Positions 21,003 to 31,176 of a stretch of 64,000 bases of DNA are shown one piece after another (the first letter of the stretch is position 1; each line of letters begins with the position of its first letter). Location of the stretch: positions 22,144-86,143 of the forward strand of contig CACFWO010000004.1 of assembly GCA_902570035.1 (NCBI GenBank), in the 5' to 3' direction. The notes under the pieces were generated by a model, which was not told where the DNA came from, ran no database searches, and worked only from the letters and a program-made list of their open reading frames with translations. A program made the position numbers and the translations under genes. Origin of the DNA: an uncultured SAR86 cluster bacterium. Its GTDB lineage: Bacteria > Pseudomonadota > Gammaproteobacteria > Magnimaribacterales > AG-339-G14.

Positions 21003-21777
21003 CGCTTAATTGAATTTCTTTGTTCTTTAGATTATTGATGAAAGGTCCAAATCCCTCATTACCTAACCAAAATGCAAGGAGATTAGAGACCCCCTTACTG
21101 GTAATGGTTGCTCCAGACAAACCATCAACTTCATAAGAATAATCTGCACTTTGTGGATTAGAAAAACCCTTAATAACTGAAATCTGAACTAAACCATTTT
21201 CATCAAAGACTTTTTTTCCATTCCAAAGTTTTTTCCAATTAGGGTTGTCCACTTCAGCTCCTAATCCAGGAGTTTCTTTATGTTTATAAAACTCCAAGCC
21301 GACTATCGTATTTAAGTCAGAATCAAGGGCTAGATAGCCATACAAAGTACCCCATAATCCATATCCTCTAACTGGAAGAATTAAGGTTTTCAATTCATTA
21401 TTTCTATATTCAATATAGACCTTTGAAAGATTTTCTCTGACACTTATCATGGCAATATCTTCTGAACCATTGAGAACTGTGTGTTGAGAAGAGTCTCTCA
21501 ATATAGAATCTAGATCATATTGTTCTGGAGGAAAGCTTGAGGGTTCTCCATCGTTAAGATTAACAACCACTTCCTCAATCGAAGCTAAAGCTTCTTGAGT
21601 TGAAGGATAAACTTCAAGTAATCTTGCTGCATCAATAATTTTGCTTTGTTGATCAAAAATTACATTTTGTTCTTGTTGATCTCTCAAGGATACAGCAACA
21701 GTAGATATAACAGCACCACAAACAATACATAAACCTACTCCAACCAGAATGATATTGAGAATGCTATCTTTCTGCAT
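20995..21777 (-). CDS. nqrC: Na+-NQR subunit C
   Basis: [14 protein letters not shown] and the [14 protein letters not shown] attachment site. Confidence 0.96.
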   Translation of the reverse strand: MQKDSILNIILVGVGLCIVCGAVISTVAVSLRDQQEQNVIFDQQSKIIDAARLLEVYPSTQEALASIEEVVVNLNDGEPSSFPPEQYDLDSILRDSSQHTVLNGSEDIAMISVRENLSKVYIEYRNNELKTLILPVRGYGLWGTLYGYLALDSDLNTIVGLEFYKHKETPGLGAEVDNPNWKKLWNGKKVFDENGLVQISVIKGFSNPQSADYSYEVDGLSGATITSKGVSNLLAFWLGNEGFGPFINNLKNKEIQLSDV

Positions 21778-22990
21778 AAATTACCTTATTTCTTTGATTT
21801 ATATTTTGCTTAACAACGAAATAGTCAATTAATGGTGAGGTTAAATTCGCAAATAAAATTGCTAACATCATTCCCTCTGGAAAAGCTGGATTTACAACAC
21901 GAATTAGAACGACCAAAACTCCTATTACGATTCCATAAATCCAACGTCCTTTATTTGTATGCGATCCGGATACAGGCTCTGTAGCCATAAATACCATGCC
22001 AAAAGCATATCCGCCAACTACCATGTGCCACCAAAATGGCATAGAAAACATTGGATTGGTATCACTTCCAATGATATTGAAAAGATAGGAGGTAGCTATG
22101 GTTCCTAGTAAAACTCCTGCGATTATTCTCCATGATGCTACTCTAGTGAAAAGGAGTATTGCTAATCCAACTAATATAGCAAGAGTAGAAGTTTCGCCAA
22201 TTGACCCTGGAATAAAACCTAGAAATGCATTTGACCAACTGTAAGATTCTGGAAGAAATTGGTAACCAGATTCAGCAGAAAGACCTAAAATTGTTGCAGC
22301 AGAATAACCATCTACAGCGACCCATGATAGATCACCAGACCAAGATGCTGGATAGGCAAAATACAAGAAAGCTCTACCTGTTAATGCTGGATTAAGAAAA
22401 TTCTTACCTGTACCACCAAAAATTTCTTTTCCTATAACTAAACCAACCGATATACCTAAAGCAACTTGCCAAAGAGGTGCATCAGGAGGACATGACAAAG
22501 CAAATAATACTGTTGTTACGAAGGCACCTTCGCTAATTTCATGACCTCTCACAACTGCAAAAACAGCTTCCCAAAAGATTCCAACAATGAAGGTAACAAT
22601 ATAAATAGGCATGAAAAAGACCGCGCCATAGGCGATACAATCAAAAATGTTACTAGGATTTAGTCCGGAAACGAGCTCTATGATTGGCCAATGCCAATCT
22701 TTTGTAAATTCTTGACCAGCAGCATTTAAAGCCTCTATTGCAATTAATGATTGATAACCCAGGTTATACATTCCAAAAAACATTGTTGGAAAGGTTGCCA
22801 TCCAAACAATTGCCATAACTCTTTGAATATCAGAACCATCTCTTACGTGAGTCATTCCAGAGGTTTTTCTTGAAGATGAATAAAATAGATTTTCCAAGAC
22901 ATCAAATAAAGGAAAATATTTAGACCATGCACCCTCTTTTTGAAAATTTGGCTTGGTTTTATCTAAAAAATTTCTTAACGGATCTGACAT
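21764..22990 (-). CDS. nqrB: Na+-NQR subunit B
   Basis: HVRD, KEIFGGTGKNFLNPAL, DGYSAAT (FMN Thr), PGSIGETS and FMATEPVS. Confidence 0.96.
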   Translation of the reverse strand: MSDPLRNFLDKTKPNFQKEGAWSKYFPLFDVLENLFYSSSRKTSGMTHVRDGSDIQRVMAIVWMATFPTMFFGMYNLGYQSLIAIEALNAAGQEFTKDWHWPIIELVSGLNPSNIFDCIAYGAVFFMPIYIVTFIVGIFWEAVFAVVRGHEISEGAFVTTVLFALSCPPDAPLWQVALGISVGLVIGKEIFGGTGKNFLNPALTGRAFLYFAYPASWSGDLSWVAVDGYSAATILGLSAESGYQFLPESYSWSNAFLGFIPGSIGETSTLAILVGLAILLFTRVASWRIIAGVLLGTIATSYLFNIIGSDTNPMFSMPFWWHMVVGGYAFGMVFMATEPVSGSHTNKGRWIYGIVIGVLVVLIRVVNPAFPEGMMLAILFANLTSPLIDYFVVKQNINQRNKVIYAER

Positions 22991-22993
22991 TTT

Positions 22994-24346
22994 TTAACCT
23001 TCGTCCTCAATTAGTTTTAAATTTTCTCTCAGAATAGATCCATAATCATATTTACTAGGACACACATAAGTAGCAAGACTTAAATCCTCTTCATCCAGTT
23101 CCAGAATACCTAAATCTTGCGCCTCTTCTGTATCTCTCAAAACAATACTTTTAAGCAATTGCGTAGCCATAATATTGAAGGGTAAAACATCTTCGTATAC
23201 TCCTATAGGAACGATGGCTCTGTCTGCTCCATTCATAGAAGTTGTGAAGTTAAGAGGATTAATTTTTTCAAAAAACTTTGTAAAAAAAACTGGTAAAAAA
23301 GAATGTTTCTTCAAGTCAGGTCTAAACCAATTAAATAATTCTCTATCAACATCTTCAACTTCCTTTAAAACTGATATTTGATTATGAAAATGGCCCAAAA
23401 AAGATTCGTTTTGAGATGCATTTCGACCAGACAAAACTGAACCAGAAACTATTCTATTAATCCCTTCGAGAAGTTTATCTTTCAAAACTTCAACTAAATC
23501 AACGCCACTTATAGTTTCAAGGAGAAAAGGAGTCTTCACTTGAGGACCTGCGACGCTTACAAGCTTCTTGAATGATAACCTACCAAAATTAAACATATGC
23601 CCTATTTGACAAACATGTTGATAATTTATTGTCCAAACAGATTTATTTCTTCCTAAAGGTGAAATGCAATGAATCTGAGTACCTACGTTTCCAGCGGGAT
23701 GTAAATTATTTAATTGATAAAGCTTTACTTTCTCGCTTTCGACGAACAAATTAGACCCTATTTTTGAAGAAATATGCACATATTTAGATGTTATTAGAGA
23801 TAAAATTTCGATACCTTTATTAAAGTCTTCAAGATTTTGTTCAATAAATATTTCTGGATCAAATGATAGAGGATTCGTATCCAGGCAAGATATGAATATC
23901 TCATCTACGTTTTCGTCTATTTTAGGAACTTTGGAGAAAGGTCTTTTCTTTAAATTAGCCCACAACCCACTTTCAATTAAAATATCTCTTATATTCTCTT
24001 TATTCGCATCAAAGTCAGAAAGGTTTTCAATAAATAATATCTCATCATCATTATTATTATTTTCAATTACTAACGATTCAAAGGCTCTCCTTTCTCCTCT
24101 ATTAATCTCTATGACCTCACCTGAGATAGGTGCAACTATAAATAAACCTTGGATTTTTTTATCCTCTAATAATTTTTCTCCTTTTTTTACTTGATCACCA
24201 ATCTTCACTAACATTGTCGGCTTCAAGTCATGATAGTCCTTTCCTAATACCGCGACCCTCTTAGTGACATGTTTAGTAATTTCAAAATCTGTAACTTCAC
24301 CAGAAATAGGAATATCTAAACCTTTGGATATGGTGATATTTCTCAT
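22994..24346 (-). CDS. nqrA: Na+-NQR subunit A
   Basis: KGLDIPISG, RPFSKVP, HPAGNVG, SGSVLSG and LELDEEDL...VCPSK. Confidence 0.95.
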   Translation of the reverse strand: MRNITISKGLDIPISGEVTDFEITKHVTKRVAVLGKDYHDLKPTMLVKIGDQVKKGEKLLEDKKIQGLFIVAPISGEVIEINRGERRAFESLVIENNNNDDEILFIENLSDFDANKENIRDILIESGLWANLKKRPFSKVPKIDENVDEIFISCLDTNPLSFDPEIFIEQNLEDFNKGIEILSLITSKYVHISSKIGSNLFVESEKVKLYQLNNLHPAGNVGTQIHCISPLGRNKSVWTINYQHVCQIGHMFNFGRLSFKKLVSVAGPQVKTPFLLETISGVDLVEVLKDKLLEGINRIVSGSVLSGRNASQNESFLGHFHNQISVLKEVEDVDRELFNWFRPDLKKHSFLPVFFTKFFEKINPLNFTTSMNGADRAIVPIGVYEDVLPFNIMATQLLKSIVLRDTEEAQDLGILELDEEDLSLATYVCPSKYDYGSILRENLKLIEDEG

Positions 24347-25833
24347 TACAAAAAGTAAGGGAGGCGATTATATTTAATTCCTGCAAGACTTTTAATAACT
24401 CTCAACAGTTGCACGCAGTAACCTAATTCATTGTCGTACCAGGCGTAAATTACTACTTGTTTGTCGTCGCAAATAGTTGCTTCAGAATCAATGACACAAG
24501 CGTACCTACTTCCAACTAAGTCAGAAGAAACGATCTCTGAAGAATTCGTAAAATCTATTTGGTCTTTATATATTGAGTGAAATGCTAATTGTCTGAAATA
24601 TTCATTAGCTGTTTCCTTGTCGCTCAAAGATTTATTCAAGGAAAGTTTCAGAATTGCCAATGAAACATTTGGAGTGGGAACTCTTATTGCGTTTGCCGTT
24701 AATTTTCCTTTTAAATTTGGAAGAATCTGACTTACAGCTGAGGCAGCTCCGGTTTCTGTAATTACCATATTCAAAGCAGCACTTCTCCCTCTTCTAGATT
24801 TTGAATGATAATTATCAATTAGGTTTTGATCGTTAGTGTATGAATGAATTGTTTCAACATGTCCGTTTGTGATTCCGTAATCATCGTCGAGAGCTTTTAA
24901 AAGAGGAACTATTGCATTCGTTGTGCATGAAGCAGCACCGACAATCTTATCCTTATCATCTAGGTCGTTTTCATTAACTCCATAAACAATATTTTTAAGA
25001 GGAGATTTGGTAGGAGCAGTCAACAAAACCTTCTTTGCTCCTTTCGACTTTAAATGAGCAGATAAACCTTTTTCGTCTCTCCAAGCTCCTGAATTATCAA
25101 TAATTACAGCGTTATCAATTCCATACTTTTTATAATCTAAGCTAGATGGATCTCCATCAATAAATTTAATAAGATTTCCATTAATTACTAATCCATATTC
25201 ATCTAAATCTACCCTGATAGTTCCTTTGAAATTTCCATGAACAGAATCTCTTCTCATTAATTCGGCCCTTTTAAATAAGTCATCATCACTTTTTTTTCTG
25301 ACAACAACTGCCTTGAGCGATAAAGTTTCTCCTGATCCAGTATCCTCAAGTAAAAGTCTAGTAATTAATCTCCCAATTCTTCCAAATCCAAAAAGAACTA
25401 AGTCTTGAGGTTTCCGAAGAACCGGATTTTTATTACCAATAGCATCAGCAACTTGTTCTTTAACAAATTCTTCAAGAGATAAAGATTTAGAATCGAACAT
25501 GTGACCTGCAGAGATAATCCCTACATCTATTTCACATGGTCCCAGATCTAGATCCTTAAGTATGTTTATAACTTCAAAGGTTTCAAATTCACTGAGTTCA
25601 TTTTTTTCTGTTTCTCTAACCAATCTATGTTCTTGCATAATTTGAGATACAGATAGGGTAATTAAAGGATTGCCATAAAGTAATATTCTAACGTTTTGTT
25701 CTCTATGAAGATTTCCAATCATAGGAATCATCTTCTCAACTAGAGATTGTCTTTTAATCCAATCCGAAAGATAGTCTTTTGGTTTGGATCTATCTCTTTT
25801 ATCTGGATTTTGATCAGATTTTGTAGATGCCAT
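24346..25833 (-). CDS. gap: Glyceraldehyde-3-phosphate dehydrogenase, long N-terminally extended form
   Basis: GFGRIGR, ASCTTN, HSYTNDQ, RVPTPNVS and WYDNE, preceded by a ~140-aa N-terminal extension. Confidence 0.93.
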   Translation of the reverse strand: MASTKSDQNPDKRDRSKPKDYLSDWIKRQSLVEKMIPMIGNLHREQNVRILLYGNPLITLSVSQIMQEHRLVRETEKNELSEFETFEVINILKDLDLGPCEIDVGIISAGHMFDSKSLSLEEFVKEQVADAIGNKNPVLRKPQDLVLFGFGRIGRLITRLLLEDTGSGETLSLKAVVVRKKSDDDLFKRAELMRRDSVHGNFKGTIRVDLDEYGLVINGNLIKFIDGDPSSLDYKKYGIDNAVIIDNSGAWRDEKGLSAHLKSKGAKKVLLTAPTKSPLKNIVYGVNENDLDDKDKIVGAASCTTNAIVPLLKALDDDYGITNGHVETIHSYTNDQNLIDNYHSKSRRGRSAALNMVITETGAASAVSQILPNLKGKLTANAIRVPTPNVSLAILKLSLNKSLSDKETANEYFRQLAFHSIYKDQIDFTNSSEIVSSDLVGSRYACVIDSEATICDDKQVVIYAWYDNELGYCVQLLRVIKSLAGIKYNRLPYFL

Positions 25834-25844
25834 CTATATTGAAT

Positions 25845-26972
25845 CTATAAAGATGCGTAGTTGCTTAAATGGTAATCAGAATTTCCGTATAAAGTTCTTA
25901 TTGTGGTTAGTCTTTTAAAATAATGACCAATATGCATCTCATCTGTCACTCCCATTCCCCCATGAAGTTGAATTGATTCTTCTCCAATGTGCTTGCCAGA
26001 TAGACCAATTTGATATTTTAATGACGCTAATGCTTTCTTTTTATCCTCAGTATTGTCATTCATTTTTGCGGCACACATTACTAACAAGGATTTAGATTGT
26101 TCGTAATGCATAAAATTATCAACCATTCGATGCTGCAGGGCTTGAAACTGACTCAGTTTCTGTTCGAATTGCTCTCTGGTTTTAGTGTATTCAAGTGTCA
26201 TTTCGTTCATTTTACCCATGATACCAACTGCCTCTGCACATATACCTAAAGTAGCAAGATCTATAGCATTATCAATTGTAGAAAAACCTTCATCCATTAC
26301 TCCTAGCAATGAGTCTTTAGGAACAGTCACGTTCTCAAGAGTCAACTCAGATGCTTTACCACCATCAATAGTTGAGTAATTTCTAAGGGAAACTCCCTTA
26401 GCATTTGCATCTACCAGAAAAAGAGAAATACCTTTTTCATCGCATTGATTTCCCGAAGTCCTAGCAGAAACGATTAAAGTATCTGAAGCAGATGCATTAT
26501 GAACCAATGCTTTATAGCCATCTAGGACGAAGCCATCATCGGATACCGTAGATTTGGTTAAACAATCCGATAAATTAAATCTACTTTGGGGTTCAATGTA
26601 AGCAAAAGTAATTATTTTTTCTCCGCTTATCATAGGATGTAAATAATTTGATTTTTGATCGTCAGAACCTAAATCTGCAAGAATTTTTCCAGACAAAAGA
26701 ATTGATGGGACATATGGTTCTACGATTAGACCTTTACCTAAATTCTCCATAATGACCATTACATCAACTGGCCCGCCGTTATAGCCGCCATCAACTTCAG
26801 AAAATGGCATTCCCAGCCAGCCTAAACTACCAAAAGTTTTCCAATTTTCATCATTGAAGCCTTTTTCAGAATCTAAGTATTTCTTTCTGTCGTCAAAAGT
26901 ATATTCTCTTTCAATAAATTGGTTGATACTGTCTTGAAGAAGCTGTTGTTCTTCTGTTAATGAAAAATCCAT
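25845..26972 (-). CDS. Acyl-CoA dehydrogenase, small (PimD-like) subunit
   Basis: ACAD fold with LGWLG, REQF...FQALQHR and QLHGGMGVTDE; lacks the C-terminal catalytic motif. Confidence 0.88.
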   Translation of the reverse strand: MDFSLTEEQQLLQDSINQFIEREYTFDDRKKYLDSEKGFNDENWKTFGSLGWLGMPFSEVDGGYNGGPVDVMVIMENLGKGLIVEPYVPSILLSGKILADLGSDDQKSNYLHPMISGEKIITFAYIEPQSRFNLSDCLTKSTVSDDGFVLDGYKALVHNASASDTLIVSARTSGNQCDEKGISLFLVDANAKGVSLRNYSTIDGGKASELTLENVTVPKDSLLGVMDEGFSTIDNAIDLATLGICAEAVGIMGKMNEMTLEYTKTREQFEQKLSQFQALQHRMVDNFMHYEQSKSLLVMCAAKMNDNTEDKKKALASLKYQIGLSGKHIGEESIQLHGGMGVTDEMHIGHYFKRLTTIRTLYGNSDYHLSNYASL

Positions 26973-26990
26973 ATCTCTTTCCTGATTTAC

Positions 26991-28184
26991 TTATAGACCT
27001 AATACTGCTTTAGCAATTACATTCCTTTGAATTTCATTACTCCCACCGTAAATAGATACTTTTCTGTAATTTAAGTAATGAGGCATGACTGGTGCAGCAA
27101 AGTCAGGACCAATTCTTGATTCATTTGAAGCTAAATCTTCTTCGGTCATAAAAGGATGAGCATAGTAACCTACTGCTTCAACGAATAAATCGGATAATTC
27201 TTGCTGAAGATCAGTTCCTAGAATTTTTAGGATTGATGATTCTGGTCCAGGATGACCTCCTGCTGACATAGCAGCAAGGGTTCTTAGTTCAGTATATTCA
27301 GCCGCAGTTAATTTGATTTCTAATCTATCAAGCTTGGACATGAACATTGCATCATCTTTTAAAGATCCCTCGCCTACTTGAATTTGAGTAGTGATGTCTC
27401 TCAATCTATCTAGTTCTCTCTTCAATGAAGGTATCCCAGCAATACCAGTTCTTTCATGAGCTAAAAGAAATTTAGCAATGCTCCAGCCAAAGCCTTCTTC
27501 ACCAACTAAATTGGTAACAGGAACTTCAACATTATCAAAATAGACCATATTTACTTCATGAGTTCCATCGATTGTTATGATAGGTTTAACTTCTACTCCA
27601 GGGGTTTTCATATCTATAAGCAAGAAACTGATACCCTCTTGTTTCTTACCACTACCATCTGTTCTTACTAAACAAAAAATCCAATCTGCATGTTGGGCTA
27701 ATGTAGTCCAAGTTTTGGCACCATTGACCACATAAACGTCACCTTTTTTCTCTGCTTTTGTTTTAAGTGAAGCTAAATCAGATCCAGATCCAGGTTCAGA
27801 ATAACCCTGACACCACCATATGTCTCCATTTAAGATTTTTGGAAGATGAAATTCCTTTTGTTCATCGGAACCAAAAGTATAAATAACAGGTCCACACATG
27901 TTTACACCAAATGGCATTAATGTAGGTGTATTAGCTGCAGCTAATTCATTTTGAAATATATGTTTTTGAGTAATTGTCCATCCAGTGCCGCCAAGTTCTT
28001 CAGGCCAATTTACTGCTAGCCAACCTTTGTCATTTAAGATTTTATGCCATTTAACAGTATCTTCTTTACTTAAAGGAATACCTTGATCTTGCTTCTCTTT
28101 AATTTCAGAAGGATAATTCTGCTCAATAAAACTTCTAACCTCTTGTTGAAATTCTTGATCTTCTTTAGAAAATGATAAATTCAT
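26991..28184 (-). CDS. Acyl-CoA dehydrogenase, large (PimC-like) subunit
   Basis: WCQGYSEPGSGSDLASL, VNGAKTWTT and SIYGGSNEIQRN. Start set at ATG 28184, behind the RBS GAGGTG. Confidence 0.9.
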   Translation of the reverse strand: MNLSFSKEDQEFQQEVRSFIEQNYPSEIKEKQDQGIPLSKEDTVKWHKILNDKGWLAVNWPEELGGTGWTITQKHIFQNELAAANTPTLMPFGVNMCGPVIYTFGSDEQKEFHLPKILNGDIWWCQGYSEPGSGSDLASLKTKAEKKGDVYVVNGAKTWTTLAQHADWIFCLVRTDGSGKKQEGISFLLIDMKTPGVEVKPIITIDGTHEVNMVYFDNVEVPVTNLVGEEGFGWSIAKFLLAHERTGIAGIPSLKRELDRLRDITTQIQVGEGSLKDDAMFMSKLDRLEIKLTAAEYTELRTLAAMSAGGHPGPESSILKILGTDLQQELSDLFVEAVGYYAHPFMTEEDLASNESRIGPDFAAPVMPHYLNYRKVSIYGGSNEIQRNVIAKAVLGL

Positions 28185-28263
28185 TAAAACACCTCTGTAG
28201 TTTGGGGCAAAATAGACGGGGTTATTATACACAATGTAGCTGGATCTTTATAAGCAGAAACTA

Positions 28264-31176
28264 ATGAATTTAGACCAAAAAAATATAATAATTTTTGAAA
28301 GCAAATACCATTTGGAGAGGTATAAAGCTTCTGAACCTTCTTTTTTTGAGGATTTAGAAGTTTTAACGGATCTTGAAATTCTTCCATATGATAATTTTTC
28401 TCCTGATCCCTCTCTTTTAGGTAAACGTATAGAAACTCTTAGATCATTAGTAGAAGATGAAGTTAGCTTTGCCTGCACTGCATCATCAATCATTCAACCT
28501 TTGTTTGATAAAAAGTATATTTTTGAAAAAACATTTGAAATATCAAAAAATCAACAAATTGACTTAAGCAGATTAACAAAATTTTTAATTAACTCTGGAT
28601 ACGAAAGAGCAGATTTAGTTTTAAAAAATGGGCAATACGCTGTTAGAGGGTCTGTAATAGATATTTTCCCGAGTAATTCAAAATTACCAATTAGAATTGA
28701 TCTTTTTGACGATGAAGTTGTTTCCATAAAGTATTTCAAAAATGAAGATCAAATTACATTTAAAGAAATTGATTCATATAAGTGCATTGCTGCCAAAGGA
28801 TATGAATTGACAAACGAATCGATTGATATCTTTAAAAAAAATTGGAGGAATACCTTTCAGTCAGACGGACCAGTATTCGACAGTATTTTAAAAGGTAAAA
28901 ATTTAGAAGGATTAGAACATTATTTACCTTTATTTTTTTATGAAAGAACTTTTTTTAAAGATTATTTTAAAAATTACAAAATTATCTATATCAATGAGGC
29001 AAAAAAATATCTATCGGAATATTGGGACTTAATTAATGAAAGATATGAAGACTTTAAATTAGACTTAGATAGACCTCCCCTACCTCCTAAGATTTTATTT
29101 AATACTTTAGATGAAATTTCTTCATTAAATTCAGAGAATTTGATTCTAAGTATTCAAAAAAATAAAGATGAAATAGATAAAAAAGATAATTACTCCTATG
29201 AGAAATTTTCTTTAACCGAGAATATTGCTTTTAAAATTGATTCTAAAGTAGTTCATTTAGATCATGGAATTGGAATATATAGAGGACTAAAAAAATTAAA
29301 CAACACGGAATGTTTGATCATTGAATTTGATCAAGGAGATTTAATATATTTACCTGTGCACTCTATGAATTTGCTTTCGGCTTATATTGGAATGGACGAG
29401 ATAAAATTAGACTCAATAAGAAAGAGCAAATGGAATCAAAAAAAACAAAAGACATTTGAAAAAGCATATGATTTTGCTGCTGAATTAATAGAATCAGAAG
29501 CTAAAAGATCAAATTTTAAAAGATCTCCATTAGAGATAAATGAAGAAGGTTTTCAAAAATTTATCGAAAATTTTCCATATGAACTTACACCTGATCAGCT
29601 TAAATGTTCTCATTCTCTGATAAACGATTTCAATTCTCCTAAAATGATGGATCGATTAATTTGCGGTGAAGTTGGTTTCGGTAAGACGGAGATGGCATTA
29701 AGGGCTTCGTATATTTCTTACATGAATGGTTTTCAAGTTTGTTTGATGGTCCCCACTACAATTCTTGCGGAGCAACACTATGAAACCTTTACAAAAAGAT
29801 TTTCTGAATACGACGTTGATGTGGTTTTATTAACTAGAAATTTATCCACTCAAGAAAAAAAAGATGTCTACTTAAAGATCTTGAATCAGCCTAACCTAAT
29901 TGTGATTGGAACTCATGCGTTAATGAACAATAAATTAGATTTTAATAATGTTGGTCTTTTGATAATTGATGAGGAACATAAATTTGGAGTTAAACAAAAG
30001 GAAAAAATTAAATCATTAAAGGCACAAATAGATATAATGTATTTATCAGCAACGCCGATTCCACGAACATTAAATCTTGCCTTAACTGACTTAAAAGATT
30101 TTTCTATCATTGCATCCCCCCCTCATGGAAGGAAACCGGTTGAAACAATTGTTTCAAGGGAATCAAAATCTTACATCAAAGAGGCAATAAGGCGTGAAAC
30201 ATTAAGAGGTGGGCAAACATTTTATGTGTGCAATAGAATCCATAAGTTAGAAGAGGAAAAATATAAATTAACTCAAATATTTCCTGAAAAAAATATTGAT
30301 ATTGTTCATGGTCAAATGGATCCACTCAAGATAAAGGTAATATTAGATAATTTTAAAGAAGGAAATATTGATGTCCTTGTCTGCACAACTATTATAGAAA
30401 GCGGAATAGATATTCCCAACGCAAATACACTTATAGTGAAAGATGCAGATAATTTTGGCTTATCACAACTTCATCAATTAAGAGGAAGAGTTGGTAGATC
30501 TCCGACACAGGCGTATGCATATTTTTTTACCAGTGAATTTAAAGATATAAAAGGTAAAGCAAAAGATAGAATCACAGCTTTGCAATCAACGGATTCCTTT
30601 AATGCTGGGCTAGCCTTAGCAATGAGGGATCTTGAAATAAGAGGTGCTGGAGAAATCTTAGGAGAAAAGCAAAGCGGTTTAGTTCATGATGTTGGTTTAA
30701 ATCTTTTTAGTGAAATGATAAAAAAAGCTAAAGATTTATTGAAAGGTATGCCTGAGGATAAAATCATAGATACTTCAATTAATTTAAACGTTCCAGCATA
30801 TATAGAGAACGACTATCTTCCTCAAGCTGAGCTTAGATTGGAAATGTATAAAAGATTAGCAGAATGTAAAACACTAGATGAATTGGAAATTTTAAAAGTT
30901 GAAATTGTTGATAGATTTGGCCCATTTTCAAAAACTTTCCAAAACCTTATAGAACTGACCAAACTAAAGATCATTTCAATGCCGCTGATGATTAAGAGAA
31001 TAATAGGCACAAATAAAAGAATCGAATGTACGTTTGATTCTGAATCTCCGATCCTAGCTGATAATAAAACTAACAATGTATTAGTTTTTAATCCTCAAGA
31101 AGATAATTCAATTTTATTTTTACAAAATACATTCTCGACCATAATATCCAACCTAAAATTAGATGAAGCTAGCTAA
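28264..31176 (+). CDS. mfd: Transcription-repair coupling factor (shortened)
   Basis: UvrB-homology RGSVIDIFP, RID domain VHLDHGIG, CGEVGFGKTE, DEEH, SATPIPR, QLRGRVGR and TRG RDLEIRGAG. Confidence 0.93.
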   Translation: MNLDQKNIIIFESKYHLERYKASEPSFFEDLEVLTDLEILPYDNFSPDPSLLGKRIETLRSLVEDEVSFACTASSIIQPLFDKKYIFEKTFEISKNQQIDLSRLTKFLINSGYERADLVLKNGQYAVRGSVIDIFPSNSKLPIRIDLFDDEVVSIKYFKNEDQITFKEIDSYKCIAAKGYELTNESIDIFKKNWRNTFQSDGPVFDSILKGKNLEGLEHYLPLFFYERTFFKDYFKNYKIIYINEAKKYLSEYWDLINERYEDFKLDLDRPPLPPKILFNTLDEISSLNSENLILSIQKNKDEIDKKDNYSYEKFSLTENIAFKIDSKVVHLDHGIGIYRGLKKLNNTECLIIEFDQGDLIYLPVHSMNLLSAYIGMDEIKLDSIRKSKWNQKKQKTFEKAYDFAAELIESEAKRSNFKRSPLEINEEGFQKFIENFPYELTPDQLKCSHSLINDFNSPKMMDRLICGEVGFGKTEMALRASYISYMNGFQVCLMVPTTILAEQHYETFTKRFSEYDVDVVLLTRNLSTQEKKDVYLKILNQPNLIVIGTHALMNNKLDFNNVGLLIIDEEHKFGVKQKEKIKSLKAQIDIMYLSATPIPRTLNLALTDLKDFSIIASPPHGRKPVETIVSRESKSYIKEAIRRETLRGGQTFYVCNRIHKLEEEKYKLTQIFPEKNIDIVHGQMDPLKIKVILDNFKEGNIDVLVCTTIIESGIDIPNANTLIVKDADNFGLSQLHQLRGRVGRSPTQAYAYFFTSEFKDIKGKAKDRITALQSTDSFNAGLALAMRDLEIRGAGEILGEKQSGLVHDVGLNLFSEMIKKAKDLLKGMPEDKIIDTSINLNVPAYIENDYLPQAELRLEMYKRLAECKTLDELEILKVEIVDRFGPFSKTFQNLIELTKLKIISMPLMIKRIIGTNKRIECTFDSESPILADNKTNNVLVFNPQEDNSILFLQNTFSTIISNLKLDEAS

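Noticed and set aside
24346-25833. N-terminally extended GAPDH as a novel fusion
   Set aside because: This long form upstream of nqr is a known type in Pseudomonas-like gammaproteobacteria.
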